Source: Syntrophomonadaceae bacterium (GTDB lineage Bacteria > Bacillota > Syntrophomonadia > Syntrophomonadales > Syntrophomonadaceae). From it: a DNA stretch of 64,000 nt. Under the pieces are notes generated by a model, which was not told where the DNA came from, did no database searches, and was given only the letters and a program-made list of their open reading frames with translations. Positions 53,409-62,398 of the stretch are shown piece after piece (position 1 is the stretch's first letter; the number at the start of each line of letters is the position of its first letter). Both the position numbers and the translations under genes were made by a program. The DNA lies in the NCBI GenBank assembly GCA_050949825.1, contig JBMNGL010000013.1, positions 11,038 to 75,037 on the forward strand, in the 5' to 3' direction.

Positions 53409-53657
53409 TTAGGGGAGCATAACACAGTCCTGGACTTTTGCTTTCGGACCTTGGTGGCCTCCCCTTGATTCCCGGGAATACATAACCAGGGGCCCAAAAC
53501 CCGCACAAATATAAGAAAGTTCATCGTTAGGTGTTTTTATCATAACGATGGCTGAAAGACCGCCGTAGTCTCGAAGTCCTTGGAGTTGTTGGATTTTCGC
53601 TGAGCCCTCGTTATGAGTTAGCGGGAATACAGGCTGACACCCTCGTTGCCCGGTCAT
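53409..53657 (-). CDS. Hypothetical small protein
   Basis: 82 aa ORF whose ATG overlaps the stop of the upstream gene (ATGA). No motif recognised, so coding status is uncertain. Confidence 0.3.
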   Translation of the reverse strand: MTGQRGCQPVFPLTHNEGSAKIQQLQGLRDYGGLSAIVMIKTPNDELSYICAGFGPLVMYSRESRGGHQGPKAKVQDCVMLP

Positions 53658-54466
53658 CCCGTTTTATGGCTGAAGAGGCCGGCAACTTTGCGATAGGCTT
53701 CATTAAGGTATTGTTGTGGTGTCATGGCAAGTTGCTGGGTAGGGCTGGCGGTTACTTCCAGGCTGATTGCTCCGGAATAGGTGTCAAGAGGCAGGAGCTG
53801 GCATACCAACTGCCAATCGATATGGCCCTGTTCTGGCAGCCAGTGGCGGTCTTTTATGCCGTCATTGTCCGATAAATGGGTGCACAGGAGCCTGGGTCCG
53901 CATTTTTTCAGAATGAACTCTTTGTCACTGCTGTACAGCCAATCATGGGAACTGTCGTAGCAAAAGCCCAGATATTTCGTTTCTATGCGGGAAAGAACAT
54001 AATCAATGAAGTGAACATCACCGGTATTTTCGATGGCAATTACCACCTCGGCTTCTTCAGCCGCTTTAACAATGCGGTTGATGCTGTCCAAACCGAACTT
54101 ATTGGGCTGTGGGGGATAGGAACGATCCAGGATGTGCATCACCATAATAGGTATGTTGCATCGCGCAAATTCCTCTATCCAGGTTAGATGTTTATTGATA
54201 ATGCTATTGCGTCTGCTTTTGCTCTCCGACCAGAGGTCGTCGATGTGATCATAGGGAACATGCGCATTTTCCAGAATCAAACCGGAATCCCGCACCATAC
54301 GTGGCATTATGGCTTTGCTGATGGCGGGGGAGCCGATTTCGTCCTCCCACCACAGTGAGGTTGAGGAAAAACCGGCCTGTCGAATTAAGGCCAGCCTTTC
54401 CGGCAGGGGCATGACCCATCCGAACCAGGAAAATATGCCAAAGGGAATGGTCCGACTGAGTTCCAT
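53654..54466 (-). CDS. Sugar phosphate isomerase/epimerase (xylose isomerase-like TIM barrel)
   Basis: 270 aa. The pattern of VIAIENTGD ... CYDSSHDW ... THLSDNDG ... SLEV resembles AP_endonuc_2 / TIM-barrel family metal ligand positions. Confidence 0.65.
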   Translation of the reverse strand: MELSRTIPFGIFSWFGWVMPLPERLALIRQAGFSSTSLWWEDEIGSPAISKAIMPRMVRDSGLILENAHVPYDHIDDLWSESKSRRNSIINKHLTWIEEFARCNIPIMVMHILDRSYPPQPNKFGLDSINRIVKAAEEAEVVIAIENTGDVHFIDYVLSRIETKYLGFCYDSSHDWLYSSDKEFILKKCGPRLLCTHLSDNDGIKDRHWLPEQGHIDWQLVCQLLPLDTYSGAISLEVTASPTQQLAMTPQQYLNEAYRKVAGLFSHKTG

Positions 54467-54514
54467 TAATTCACGCCCCTTTTAATTAGAGATTATTAAT
54501 ACGATAAACAGGTT

Positions 54515-55866
54515 GTCATCCCAAGCGAGTATATCATTCTAAGCTAAGCTTGTCATTCTAAGCGGAGCTAGTCATCCTGAGCGAAGCGAAGGATCTTACC
54601 CGGGGGTTGTTCGCTGCGCGAAAGATCCTTCGGGCGTTGCCCTCAGGATGACAAAGTCGGGCGCTGCCCTTAAGGATGACAAAAAGACGGGCGTTGCTGA
54701 GGTGTCATCCTGAGCGAAGCGAAGGATCTTACCCGGGGGTTGTTCGCTGCGCGAAAGATCCTTCGGGCGTTGCCCTCAGGATGACAAAGTCGGGCGCTGC
54801 CCTCAGGATGACAAAAAGACGGGCGTTGCTGAGGTGTCATCCTGAGCGGAGCGAAGGATCTTACCCGGGGGTTGTTCGCTGCGCGAAAGATCCTTCGGGC
54901 GTTGCCCTCAGGATGACAAAGTCGGGCGCTGCCCTTAAGGATGACAAAGTCGGGCGCTGCCCTTAAGGATGACAAAGTCGGGCGCTGCCCTTAAGGATGA
55001 CAAAGACGGGCGTTGCCCTTAAGGATGACAAAGACGGGCGTTGCCCTCAGGATGACAAAGTCGGGCGCTGCTGAGGTGTCATCCTGAGCGAAGCGAAGGA
55101 TCTTACCTGGGGGTTGTTCGCTGCGCGAAAGATCCTTCAGGCGCTGCCCTCAGGATGACAAAGTCGGGCGCTGCCCTTAAGGATGACAAAGACGGGCGTT
55201 GCTGAGGTGTCATCCTGAGCGAAGCGAAGGATCTTACCCGGGGGTTGTTCGCTGCGCGAAAGATCCTTCGGGCGTTGCCCTCAGGATGACAAAGTCGGGC
55301 GCTGCCCTTAAGGATGACAAAGACGGGCGTTGCTGAGGTGTCATCCTGAGCGAAGCGAAGGATCTTACCCGGGGGTTGTTCGCTGCGCGAAAGATCCTTC
55401 GGGCGTTGCCCTCAGGATGACAAAGTCGGGCGCTGCCCTTAAGGATGACAAAAAGACGGGCGTTGCTGAGGTGTCATCCTGAGCGAAGCGAAGGATCTTA
55501 CCCGGGGGTTGTTCGCTGCGCGAAAGATCCTTCGGGCGCTGCCCTTAAGGATGACAAAGACGGGCGTTGCCCTTAAGGATGACAAAGACGGGCGTTGCCC
55601 TTAAGGATGACAAAGACGGGCGTTGCCCTTAAGGATGACAAAGACGGGCGTTGCCCTTAAGGATGACAAAGACGGGCGTTGCCCTTAAGGATGACAAAGA
55701 CGGGCGTTGCCCTTAAGGATGACAAAGACGGGCGTTGCCCTTAAGGATGACAAAGACGGGCGTTGCCCTTAAGGATGACAAAGACGGGCGTTGCCCTTAA
55801 GGATGACAAAGACGGGCGTTGCCCTTAAGGATGACAAAGACGGGCCTTGCCCTCAGGATGACAAAG
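54515..55866 (+). repeat. Hierarchical non-coding repeat array (7 long hairpin modules interleaved with 28-nt units)
   Basis: The long module gtcatcctgagcgaagcgaaggatc ... gatccttcgggcgttgccctcaggatgac starts at 54571, 54704, 54836, 55078, 55209, 55340 and 55473. The spacing is 131-133 nt except for one gap of 242 nt. Each is followed by 28-nt units of the form gatgacaaag(t/a)cgggcg(c/t)tgccct(t/c)a(a/g)g. Confidence 0.95.
55542..55849 (+). repeat. Perfect 28-nt tandem repeat block
   Basis: cccttaaggatgacaaagacgggcgttg repeated head to tail. Ten identical copies span 55542-55821, followed by one copy with a single change. Confidence 0.95.
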
Positions 55867-55987
55867 GGGGGGCAGTGGCTCTTAGCCCTGCCTTCGTGGG
55901 CACGGCCCCTTTCGCCAGTCCTCCCGAGATGTTTGATAGCACCATATCCTAACGGTTGTTAAAAAGACAAGAATATTGTGATAGTAT

Positions 55988-56017
55988 TTGCCTATTCATA
56001 TATAGTTGTCCTATAAT
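55988..56017 (+). promoter_or_regulatory. Candidate sigma-A promoter of the riboswitch-controlled operon
   Basis: TTGCCT (55988-55993), 18-nt spacer, TATAAT (56012-56017), about 15 nt upstream of the riboswitch. Confidence 0.45.
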
Positions 56018-56029
56018 GGGAAAAAACAA

Positions 56030-56212
56030 TATTGGTTGCGCTGGGTGCCTCTGTAAGAGGATAATAGGGAACCAGGTGAGAAACCTGGACGGTCGCGCCA
56101 CTGTGAGCAGATATGCTTTTCCAAATGCCACTGGGTCCAAGCAGGCCTGGGAAGGGGGAAAAAGTTAACTGCAAGTCAGGAAACCTGCCCAATGCATCGC
56201 AGTATCAACCTT
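56030..56212 (+). ncRNA. Cobalamin (AdoCbl-type) riboswitch
   Basis: aatagggaaccaggtgagaaacctggacggtcgcgccactgt, then gccactggg ... cctgggaagg, then the B12 box aagtcaggaaacctgcc (56173-56189). P1-like pairing is ggttg (56034-56038) with caacc (56206-56210). Confidence 0.9.
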
Positions 56213-56250
56213 CGCGTAGAGAGGGGGATAGGTGCATGTGAAAATATATG

Positions 56251-56286
56251 GCCTCAACTTCTTTATAGGGAAGTTGAGGCTTTTGT
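56251..56286 (+). terminator. Intrinsic terminator (riboswitch expression platform)
   Basis: Perfect 10-bp stem gcctcaactt (56251-56260) with aagttgaggc (56271-56280), then ttttgt. Confidence 0.75.
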
Positions 56287-56474
56287 ATGTTATGAGGTCA
56301 ATGATAGGGACGATAAACAATCTCGACTAAAATCATCATTATGTCGATTGCTGTTGAATGGATTGAATAGTGGTCGGCGTTAGGCGTCCGTTATTCCTAA
56401 TCTTAATTTTAGACATATTACAACAGAAAAATTATTATTCGTTCTGCATTAAGTGGATAAGGGGGGCTATATTA

Positions 56475-59400
56475 ATGCAAAAACGTTTTTTAGTGCTTTT
56501 GACTATGGCAGCCATGCTGCTAAGCCTGTTATTGGCTGTTCCTGTTGTGGGATCAGGGACTGTAGAGGTTGATTTGCGGGTAGAGGGAATAACAGAGACG
56601 ATTTATGAAGGTTCAGCGGCAGTGGAGCCGGGGGCCACCGCTCTGGATGTATTGGAACAGTCTTTGACAGTGGCGGGGGTCGTATATGAAATCACTGATG
56701 ACCCCACCTTTGGGAAGTATATAAAATCAATTAAAGGAGAAGCCGCCGGGGCTTTTGGCGGTTATGACGGCTGGCTGTACCTGGTCAACGGCAGCATGGC
56801 CGCATTGGGTGTGGCCGAATACGAAATACAGGATGGGGACGAACTGGTATTCTACTACGGGATGTACCCGCCCGATACTCTGATTCCTGAGGTTGAAATC
56901 AGCCCGGCAGAGCCGGAAAGCGGCGAAGAAATCACCGTTACGGTCAGCTCCAGTTATTACAATTGGGAGACTGAGAAGACGGTAAACGTGCTGGTGGAAA
57001 ACGCCACGGTGGCCTGCAACGGCCAGGAATACACCACGGATGAGCAGGGTGTTGCCACTATAGCAGGTTTGGATGCGGGAAGCTATACGCTGCGGGTGAG
57101 CAAGGATGTCTTGGGCAGCTATCCGGCCCTGGTCAGAAGCGGAGCTATCCCCCTGACGGTATCGTTGCCTGCCGACAAAACCGTGCAGGTCAGGGTGGAA
57201 GGCAGCCGGCAAAACCTTTTCGATGATGAAGTTACGGTAGCCTCAAGCGGGGAGCAGCAAACCGCTCTGGATGCACTGGAACAGGCCTTGACCGGGGCGG
57301 TGATCGATTATGAAATCACTGATGACCCCACCTTTGGGAAGTATATAAAATCAATTAAAGGAGAAGCCGCCGGGGATTTTGGCGGTTATGACGGCTGGCT
57401 GTACTTGGTCAACGGCAGCATGGCCGCCTCTGGTGCAGACCAGTATGAAATACAGGACGGGGACGAACTGGTATTTTACTACGGGAAGTACCCGCCTGAC
57501 ACCTTGATCCCGGAAGTAAGAATCAGCCCGGCAGAGCCTGAAAGCGGCGAAGAAATCACCGTTACGGTCAGCTCCAGTTATTACAATTGGGAGACTGAGA
57601 AGACGGTAAACGTGCTGGCGGAAAACGCCACGGTGGCCTGCAACGGCCGGGAATACACCACCGATGCGCAGGGGGAAGCCACCATACCGGGATTAGCCCG
57701 GGGAAGCTATACGCTGCGGGTGAGCAAGGATGTCCCGGGCAGCTATCCGGCCCTGGTCAGGAGCGGCGCCATACCTCTAACGGTAGTGGCGGCGGGAAAT
57801 GATGACCTGCAGGAAGGTATTGATAAAGCCATCGATTATTTAATCGCCCAGCAAGAGGAGGATGGGAAGCTGGGACCCAACGCGGCCCTGGCCCTGTATA
57901 AAGCGGGCCGGGATGTTTCGCAAATCACCACAAACGGCAAAAACGACCTGGATTACCTGCAGCGCCTATTGCAGGACGACTATGCCGGGTATATTAACAG
58001 CACCTCCCGGCTGGCTTTAACCATCATGGAGATTGTGGCCGGAGGCGGCGACCCGGCTGATTTTGCCGGGCATAATCTGGTCGCGGAATTGACCGCTCTC
58101 CAGGATGACAACGGGCTTTTTGGCACCAATGAGGAGCAGGATTATATTGTTACCCAGTATTGGGCCATAATGGCCTTGCATGAAGCCGGGGTTGATATTC
58201 CCCAAGCCCAGCAAGCCCGGCAGTGGCTGCTGGAAAATGTCAGCAGCAATGGGGGCTGGAGTTGGGCGGTTGGCGAAGGTCCTTCACCGGATATGACCGC
58301 TTATGTCATCAGAGCCTTGCTGGTTTTGGGAGAAGCGCCCGATAGCGACGCCATCACCAATGCCAAGACCTATCTCAAGACCTATCAGCATGAAGACGCC
58401 GGCTTCGATAATGGCTGGACATCTGATTCCAATGTGTGGACAACCGCAGAAGTGATAAAAGCACTGGTGGATTTGGATATAGATCCATCCGGCGACACCT
58501 GGAGCATGGATGGATATAATCCCGTGCTCTACCTGCTCAACCAGCAAAAGGCTTCGGGGGAAATAGGCAACCTGGCCGGCACGGCCGACAGCCTGACAGC
58601 CCTGGTGATGTTCGCGGCAAAATATGATTTGGATGAAAACGGCTCTGATCCATCGCATACTGGCGGCGGAGGCGAAGGCAGCGCGGACACCATCAGTGTG
58701 AAAATTGCGGTTGTCGGGCCGGGGAATGAATTTTTATTCAAACCGGGCGAGGTCACTATATCGAAAAAGGGTCGCTTCGGCCTGACGGCTATGGAAGCCT
58801 TGGAGGCCACCGGTTTGAGCTGGAGTTTTTCCACGGAATGGGAAGGTTTTGTAGTGGCTATTGAAGGTGTTCGGAATGCGGGACTAAACGGGTGGTGCTA
58901 CAGTGTCAATGGTCAAAGCGCCACGGTTTTAGCCATGGATCAAGCGGTTTCATCCGGCAGCAGAGTGATCTGGTGGTACAGCACCGATGCCATGTCAAAT
59001 GGACCCACCTGGCAGGAACTGCTGGACTTGAGCGCAGCAGCAGGAGGAGCGGCGGCAGTTGTAAAGCCTGCCGATGAAGATGAAGTTAAGAATAATCTGG
59101 CGCAATATGGTGAGCAATTGGATACGGCTTTCGCACGGGTGCAAAATGCCGACGGCAGTCCGCTGCTGGTATTGAACGCCGACAAGAGGATGACGCCGCT
59201 TGACGCTGTTGCCCTGAAGAAAGAACTGGACAACAACCGGGTCCACCTGCAGCAGCCGGCCGGAGCTGAAGAAACGCTCATGGTCGACAATGAAATCGCT
59301 TTGCTGGTTCCTGAGAATGCTCTCCTTGAGGAGACCAACCTTACGGTAAAAGAACTGGGGACTCAGGAAGCGCCCCAGCAATACGCAGTCAGGCTGGCTT

Positions 59401-60179
59401 CATCGGTTTACGAGTTCGGACCGGATGGCCTGGTGTTTGCCCAGCCGGTGACCATTTCCATTACGGTTGCCTTAACCGACGATATTAACCTGGAGGATTT
59501 GACCCCGGCCTGGTATGATGAAAAATCCGGGCAATGGATTCCGCTTCCGGCGGTAATTGACCTGGAAACTGGTCAAGTGGTATTCAGGATTGATCATTTC
59601 ACCAGTTTTGCCATTATTCAGAAGCCGCCGCGCCCGAGTTTTAACGACCTGGAAGGCTATGCCTGGGCACAGGAGGCCATCGAAATCCTGGCCGGTCAAA
59701 ATGTCATTGCCGGCACCGGGCAGGGCTTTGAACCGGGCCGGAACATCACCCGGGCGGAGTTTGTGAAGCTGGTGGTGACTGCAGCAGGATTGGAGGCCAA
59801 AAAGGGACAGATCAGTCAATTTAGCGACGTGAAGGCCGGGGATTGGTTCGAGCCCGCCATTTGCAGTGCCTGTTCGCACCAACTGACGGCAGGATATGCT
59901 GATGGCAGCTTCAAACCGGGCCAGAGTATCAGTCGCTATGAAGTGGCGGTTATTCTGCACAATGCAGATAAAAACAAAGTGCTGAACGGTTCGACAGGAC
60001 TAAGCTATGCAGATAGCAATAACATTCCCGATTGGGCCGCTGGCGGGGTGAAATATGTCCAGGCCGCCAAGCTTATGCAAGGCTATGAAGACGGTTCCTT
60101 TGGCGGCAGCAGACCGCTCACCCGGGCTGAAGCTGCCGTTATCATCTACCGGTATCTGAACGCCAGGCTGATAAGCTAG
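56475..60179 (+). CDS. Secreted SLH-anchored protein with three DUF4430 (transcobalamin C-terminal-like) domains, Ig-like domains and an alpha/alpha-toroid (prenyltransferase/terpene-cyclase-like) domain
   Basis: ATG 56475 lies behind aaggggggc, and the signal peptide is MQKRFLVLLTMAAMLLSLLLAVPVVGSG. DUF4430-like segments contain GYDGWLYLVNG (twice) and LNGWCYSVNG. Toroid repeats lie around DYLIAQQEEDG ... LQDDNGLFG ... NGGWSW ... QHEDAGFDNGW. There are three C-terminal SLH motifs (FNDLEGYAWAQEAIEIL, FSDVKAGDWF, YADSNNIPDWAAGGVKYV). Listed ORF is 56370..60179. Confidence 0.8.
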   Translation: MQKRFLVLLTMAAMLLSLLLAVPVVGSGTVEVDLRVEGITETIYEGSAAVEPGATALDVLEQSLTVAGVVYEITDDPTFGKYIKSIKGEAAGAFGGYDGWLYLVNGSMAALGVAEYEIQDGDELVFYYGMYPPDTLIPEVEISPAEPESGEEITVTVSSSYYNWETEKTVNVLVENATVACNGQEYTTDEQGVATIAGLDAGSYTLRVSKDVLGSYPALVRSGAIPLTVSLPADKTVQVRVEGSRQNLFDDEVTVASSGEQQTALDALEQALTGAVIDYEITDDPTFGKYIKSIKGEAAGDFGGYDGWLYLVNGSMAASGADQYEIQDGDELVFYYGKYPPDTLIPEVRISPAEPESGEEITVTVSSSYYNWETEKTVNVLAENATVACNGREYTTDAQGEATIPGLARGSYTLRVSKDVPGSYPALVRSGAIPLTVVAAGNDDLQEGIDKAIDYLIAQQEEDGKLGPNAALALYKAGRDVSQITTNGKNDLDYLQRLLQDDYAGYINSTSRLALTIMEIVAGGGDPADFAGHNLVAELTALQDDNGLFGTNEEQDYIVTQYWAIMALHEAGVDIPQAQQARQWLLENVSSNGGWSWAVGEGPSPDMTAYVIRALLVLGEAPDSDAITNAKTYLKTYQHEDAGFDNGWTSDSNVWTTAEVIKALVDLDIDPSGDTWSMDGYNPVLYLLNQQKASGEIGNLAGTADSLTALVMFAAKYDLDENGSDPSHTGGGGEGSADTISVKIAVVGPGNEFLFKPGEVTISKKGRFGLTAMEALEATGLSWSFSTEWEGFVVAIEGVRNAGLNGWCYSVNGQSATVLAMDQAVSSGSRVIWWYSTDAMSNGPTWQELLDLSAAAGGAAAVVKPADEDEVKNNLAQYGEQLDTAFARVQNADGSPLLVLNADKRMTPLDAVALKKELDNNRVHLQQPAGAEETLMVDNEIALLVPENALLEETNLTVKELGTQEAPQQYAVRLASSVYEFGPDGLVFAQPVTISITVALTDDINLEDLTPAWYDEKSGQWIPLPAVIDLETGQVVFRIDHFTSFAIIQKPPRPSFNDLEGYAWAQEAIEILAGQNVIAGTGQGFEPGRNITRAEFVKLVVTAAGLEAKKGQISQFSDVKAGDWFEPAICSACSHQLTAGYADGSFKPGQSISRYEVAVILHNADKNKVLNGSTGLSYADSNNIPDWAAGGVKYVQAAKLMQGYEDGSFGGSRPLTRAEAAVIIYRYLNARLIS

Positions 60180-60300
60180 GCTGTTCAAGCTGATCGCGAT
60201 TATTCTGCCGGCATTACCGAACCGGCCGGCTGCTGCGGCAGACGGCCGGAGACGGCCGGAGGTAGTGCACAGCCCAATGTACAACGAGATGAGGGGGGTA

Positions 60301-61470
60301 ATGGTGAATTACAGTATACGCAATATGGTCATTGTCTTCCTGGCAGCCCTCCTGCTGCTGGGCATATCCGGCTGCACGGTGAAAAACGAGCAGTTTTCAC
60401 CGGTGAATCCTGCCGCTGTCGGCGGCTCCGGGACCGCCAACAGCCTTGACCCGCAAGAGGCCAATGCAGGTGCGGACAGTTCTCCAGATAAAGCGGCGCC
60501 GGATTCCCGGACCGCCAGCGCCGGTGAAGATGCCAATGGAGCTCAATCCGGCGCAGTAAGCAGCGCCGGGGTTGATAATGCCAGGCAGAGTCAGATTTCA
60601 AACACCGCCAAGGGCACGGTTTCATTATTGATCAGCCGCAATTACGGCCGGCAAAATTTGATCCGGGAACATATATCCCTTGAGCCGGGATGGACCATTC
60701 TTGATGTTTTGAATACCTCAGCGCAAGTAACTACCAAATGGGATGGCAGCTTTGTAGACAGCATTAACGGAATGCAATCGAATTCCGGCGGTTTAACGGG
60801 TAAAAATCATGACTGGTTTTACTTTATTAACGGCATTTGCGCCGATGTGGGCGCCCCTGAATACATTTTGCGAGCCGGGGAAAAGGTATGGTGGGACTAT
60901 CATGCCTGGGGAAACACGGGGCTTACCAACCCGGCGGTGATAGGCTGCTACCCAGAGCCGTTTGTCCATGGCTATCGCGGTAAATCAGGACCGACGACGG
61001 TCATGAGTTCAGCCGCAAACAGCAGTCTGGCCCAAGCCGTGCAGCAAGCCCTGCAGGCTCAAGGGGCGGCCTCGGTTCAATGCAGCGCTTTAAACAATGA
61101 ACTGCTGCAAAATCGCCCCGGACCCATTATAGTGGTGGGAACCTGGGATGAATTAAAACAACTGCCCTGGCTGGATGGTTTTAATAAATCCTTTAGAAAA
61201 AACGGCACCAGCGTTCATTTTAAAGACGATGGAGTGGAATTATTGGACGGCCGCGGCAAAGTGATCCAAAACAGCGGTCCCGGTACAGGTATTATAGCCG
61301 CCTCGGCTGCCGGTTTGGGAAACTATAAAGTGCTCTGGCTGCTGGCCGGCACGGATCAGAATGGCCTGCAAAATGCAGTGAACACCATGGTGCATCATCC
61401 CCAGCAGCTTAACGGCTTATATCACGCGGCGGTCATATCCGGGCAGGTTATTCGTTTGCCATTGGAGTAG
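60301..61470 (+). CDS. DUF4430-domain lipoprotein
   Basis: The lipobox is LLLLGISGC. A low-complexity linker follows, then a DUF4430-like segment (WDGSFVDSINGMQSNSGG ... HDWFYFINGICADVGAPEYILRAGEKVWWDY). ATG 60301 lies behind gagggggg. Listed ORF is 60265..61470. Confidence 0.7.
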   Translation: MVNYSIRNMVIVFLAALLLLGISGCTVKNEQFSPVNPAAVGGSGTANSLDPQEANAGADSSPDKAAPDSRTASAGEDANGAQSGAVSSAGVDNARQSQISNTAKGTVSLLISRNYGRQNLIREHISLEPGWTILDVLNTSAQVTTKWDGSFVDSINGMQSNSGGLTGKNHDWFYFINGICADVGAPEYILRAGEKVWWDYHAWGNTGLTNPAVIGCYPEPFVHGYRGKSGPTTVMSSAANSSLAQAVQQALQAQGAASVQCSALNNELLQNRPGPIIVVGTWDELKQLPWLDGFNKSFRKNGTSVHFKDDGVELLDGRGKVIQNSGPGTGIIAASAAGLGNYKVLWLLAGTDQNGLQNAVNTMVHHPQQLNGLYHAAVISGQVIRLPLE

Positions 61471-61483
61471 AAGGAAGTTGGCC

Positions 61484-62398
61484 ATGCTGGTTTTTCGCGA
61501 AAAGAATAATTTAATACATCAGTTGCATCCCATCACCAGTCTGACCTTCATCGGGGTGGTCTTTGTACTGTCCCTGACCTGCTCCCATCCTATTTACCTC
61601 TTAGGGTTGCTGGCGGTGACAGGCATGGTGATCATTGCCGCCGGGCACTGGGAGGAATGGCTCGTCTATCTTAAGTTCAGCCTGCTCATGATCGCCATGC
61701 TCATGATTATTAATGTTGTTTTTGTGCATATAGGGGATACCGTGCTGTTTGCCGGACCCAGGCTCCCGGTGATAGGAAAGTTGAATATAACCCTGGAAGC
61801 GCTGGCCTATGCGGGGGGAATGGGGATGAGGCTTCTGGTTATCATCAGTGTTTTTTGTCTTTACACTTATGCCATCCATCCTGACAAGGTGTTGAAACTG
61901 TTCAGCAAATGGGGCCACAAATCGGTGCTGGTGATCACTTTATCCACGCGCTTGTTCCCCCTCCTGGTGCAGGATTATCTGCGCATTACCGAGGTGCAGC
62001 GCTGCAGGGGAGTGAAATTCGCTTCCGGCAGTTGGTGGGAGCGCTTGAACAAGGTTTTGTCCGTAGTCAGCGTACTGCTGGTATCCTGCCTGGATCGAGC
62101 CCTGCAGCTGGCCGAGTCCATGCAGGCCCGCGGCTATGGCAGCGGCAGCCGCAGCAGTTATGATCGTGAATTATGGCGGCCCCGGGATTTTGTCATTTTA
62201 AGCGCTCTGGGGGCCGGATTGATTTGCGGCCTGTGGAGTGCGCTTAAGGGATGGTCGGCATATTTGTATTATCCCCATCTGGCGGCTTTCCGGCCGGAGG
62301 AGATAAAAATGGCCGCTTTTATTGTACTGATGTTGAGTGTGCCGGCCTGGCTTAACTGGGGGTGGCTTAAATGCCGGTTATTGCGATCAAAGATTTGA
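61484..62398 (+). CDS. ECF transporter transmembrane (T) component, EcfT/CbiQ family
   Basis: About 6 TM helices, and the conserved cytoplasmic ...RALQLAESMQARGY... arginine-containing coupling helix. Listed ORF is 61478..62398 (TTG start). ATG 61484 is better spaced from the SD. Confidence 0.75.
   Translation: MLVFREKNNLIHQLHPITSLTFIGVVFVLSLTCSHPIYLLGLLAVTGMVIIAAGHWEEWLVYLKFSLLMIAMLMIINVVFVHIGDTVLFAGPRLPVIGKLNITLEALAYAGGMGMRLLVIISVFCLYTYAIHPDKVLKLFSKWGHKSVLVITLSTRLFPLLVQDYLRITEVQRCRGVKFASGSWWERLNKVLSVVSVLLVSCLDRALQLAESMQARGYGSGSRSSYDRELWRPRDFVILSALGAGLICGLWSALKGWSAYLYYPHLAAFRPEEIKMAAFIVLMLSVPAWLNWGWLKCRLLRSKI

Noticed and set aside
54670-54975. ORFs 54670..54975 (-) and 54676..54966 (+) encoding repetitive RMT/PEGS peptides
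   Set aside because: They are generated by the DNA repeat on both strands, have no ribosome-binding site and have low-complexity periodic sequence. I do not regard them as coding.
54515-55866. Possible CRISPR array
   Set aside because: The repeats abut each other or alternate with other repeats. There are no unique spacers, the unit structure is hierarchical, and no cas genes are nearby.
56041-56050. ctgggtgcct inside the riboswitch resembling the start of the 23-nt repeat
   Set aside because: Only about 10 nt are shared and the remainder differs. This stretch is part of the conserved riboswitch stem, so I treat it as coincidence.
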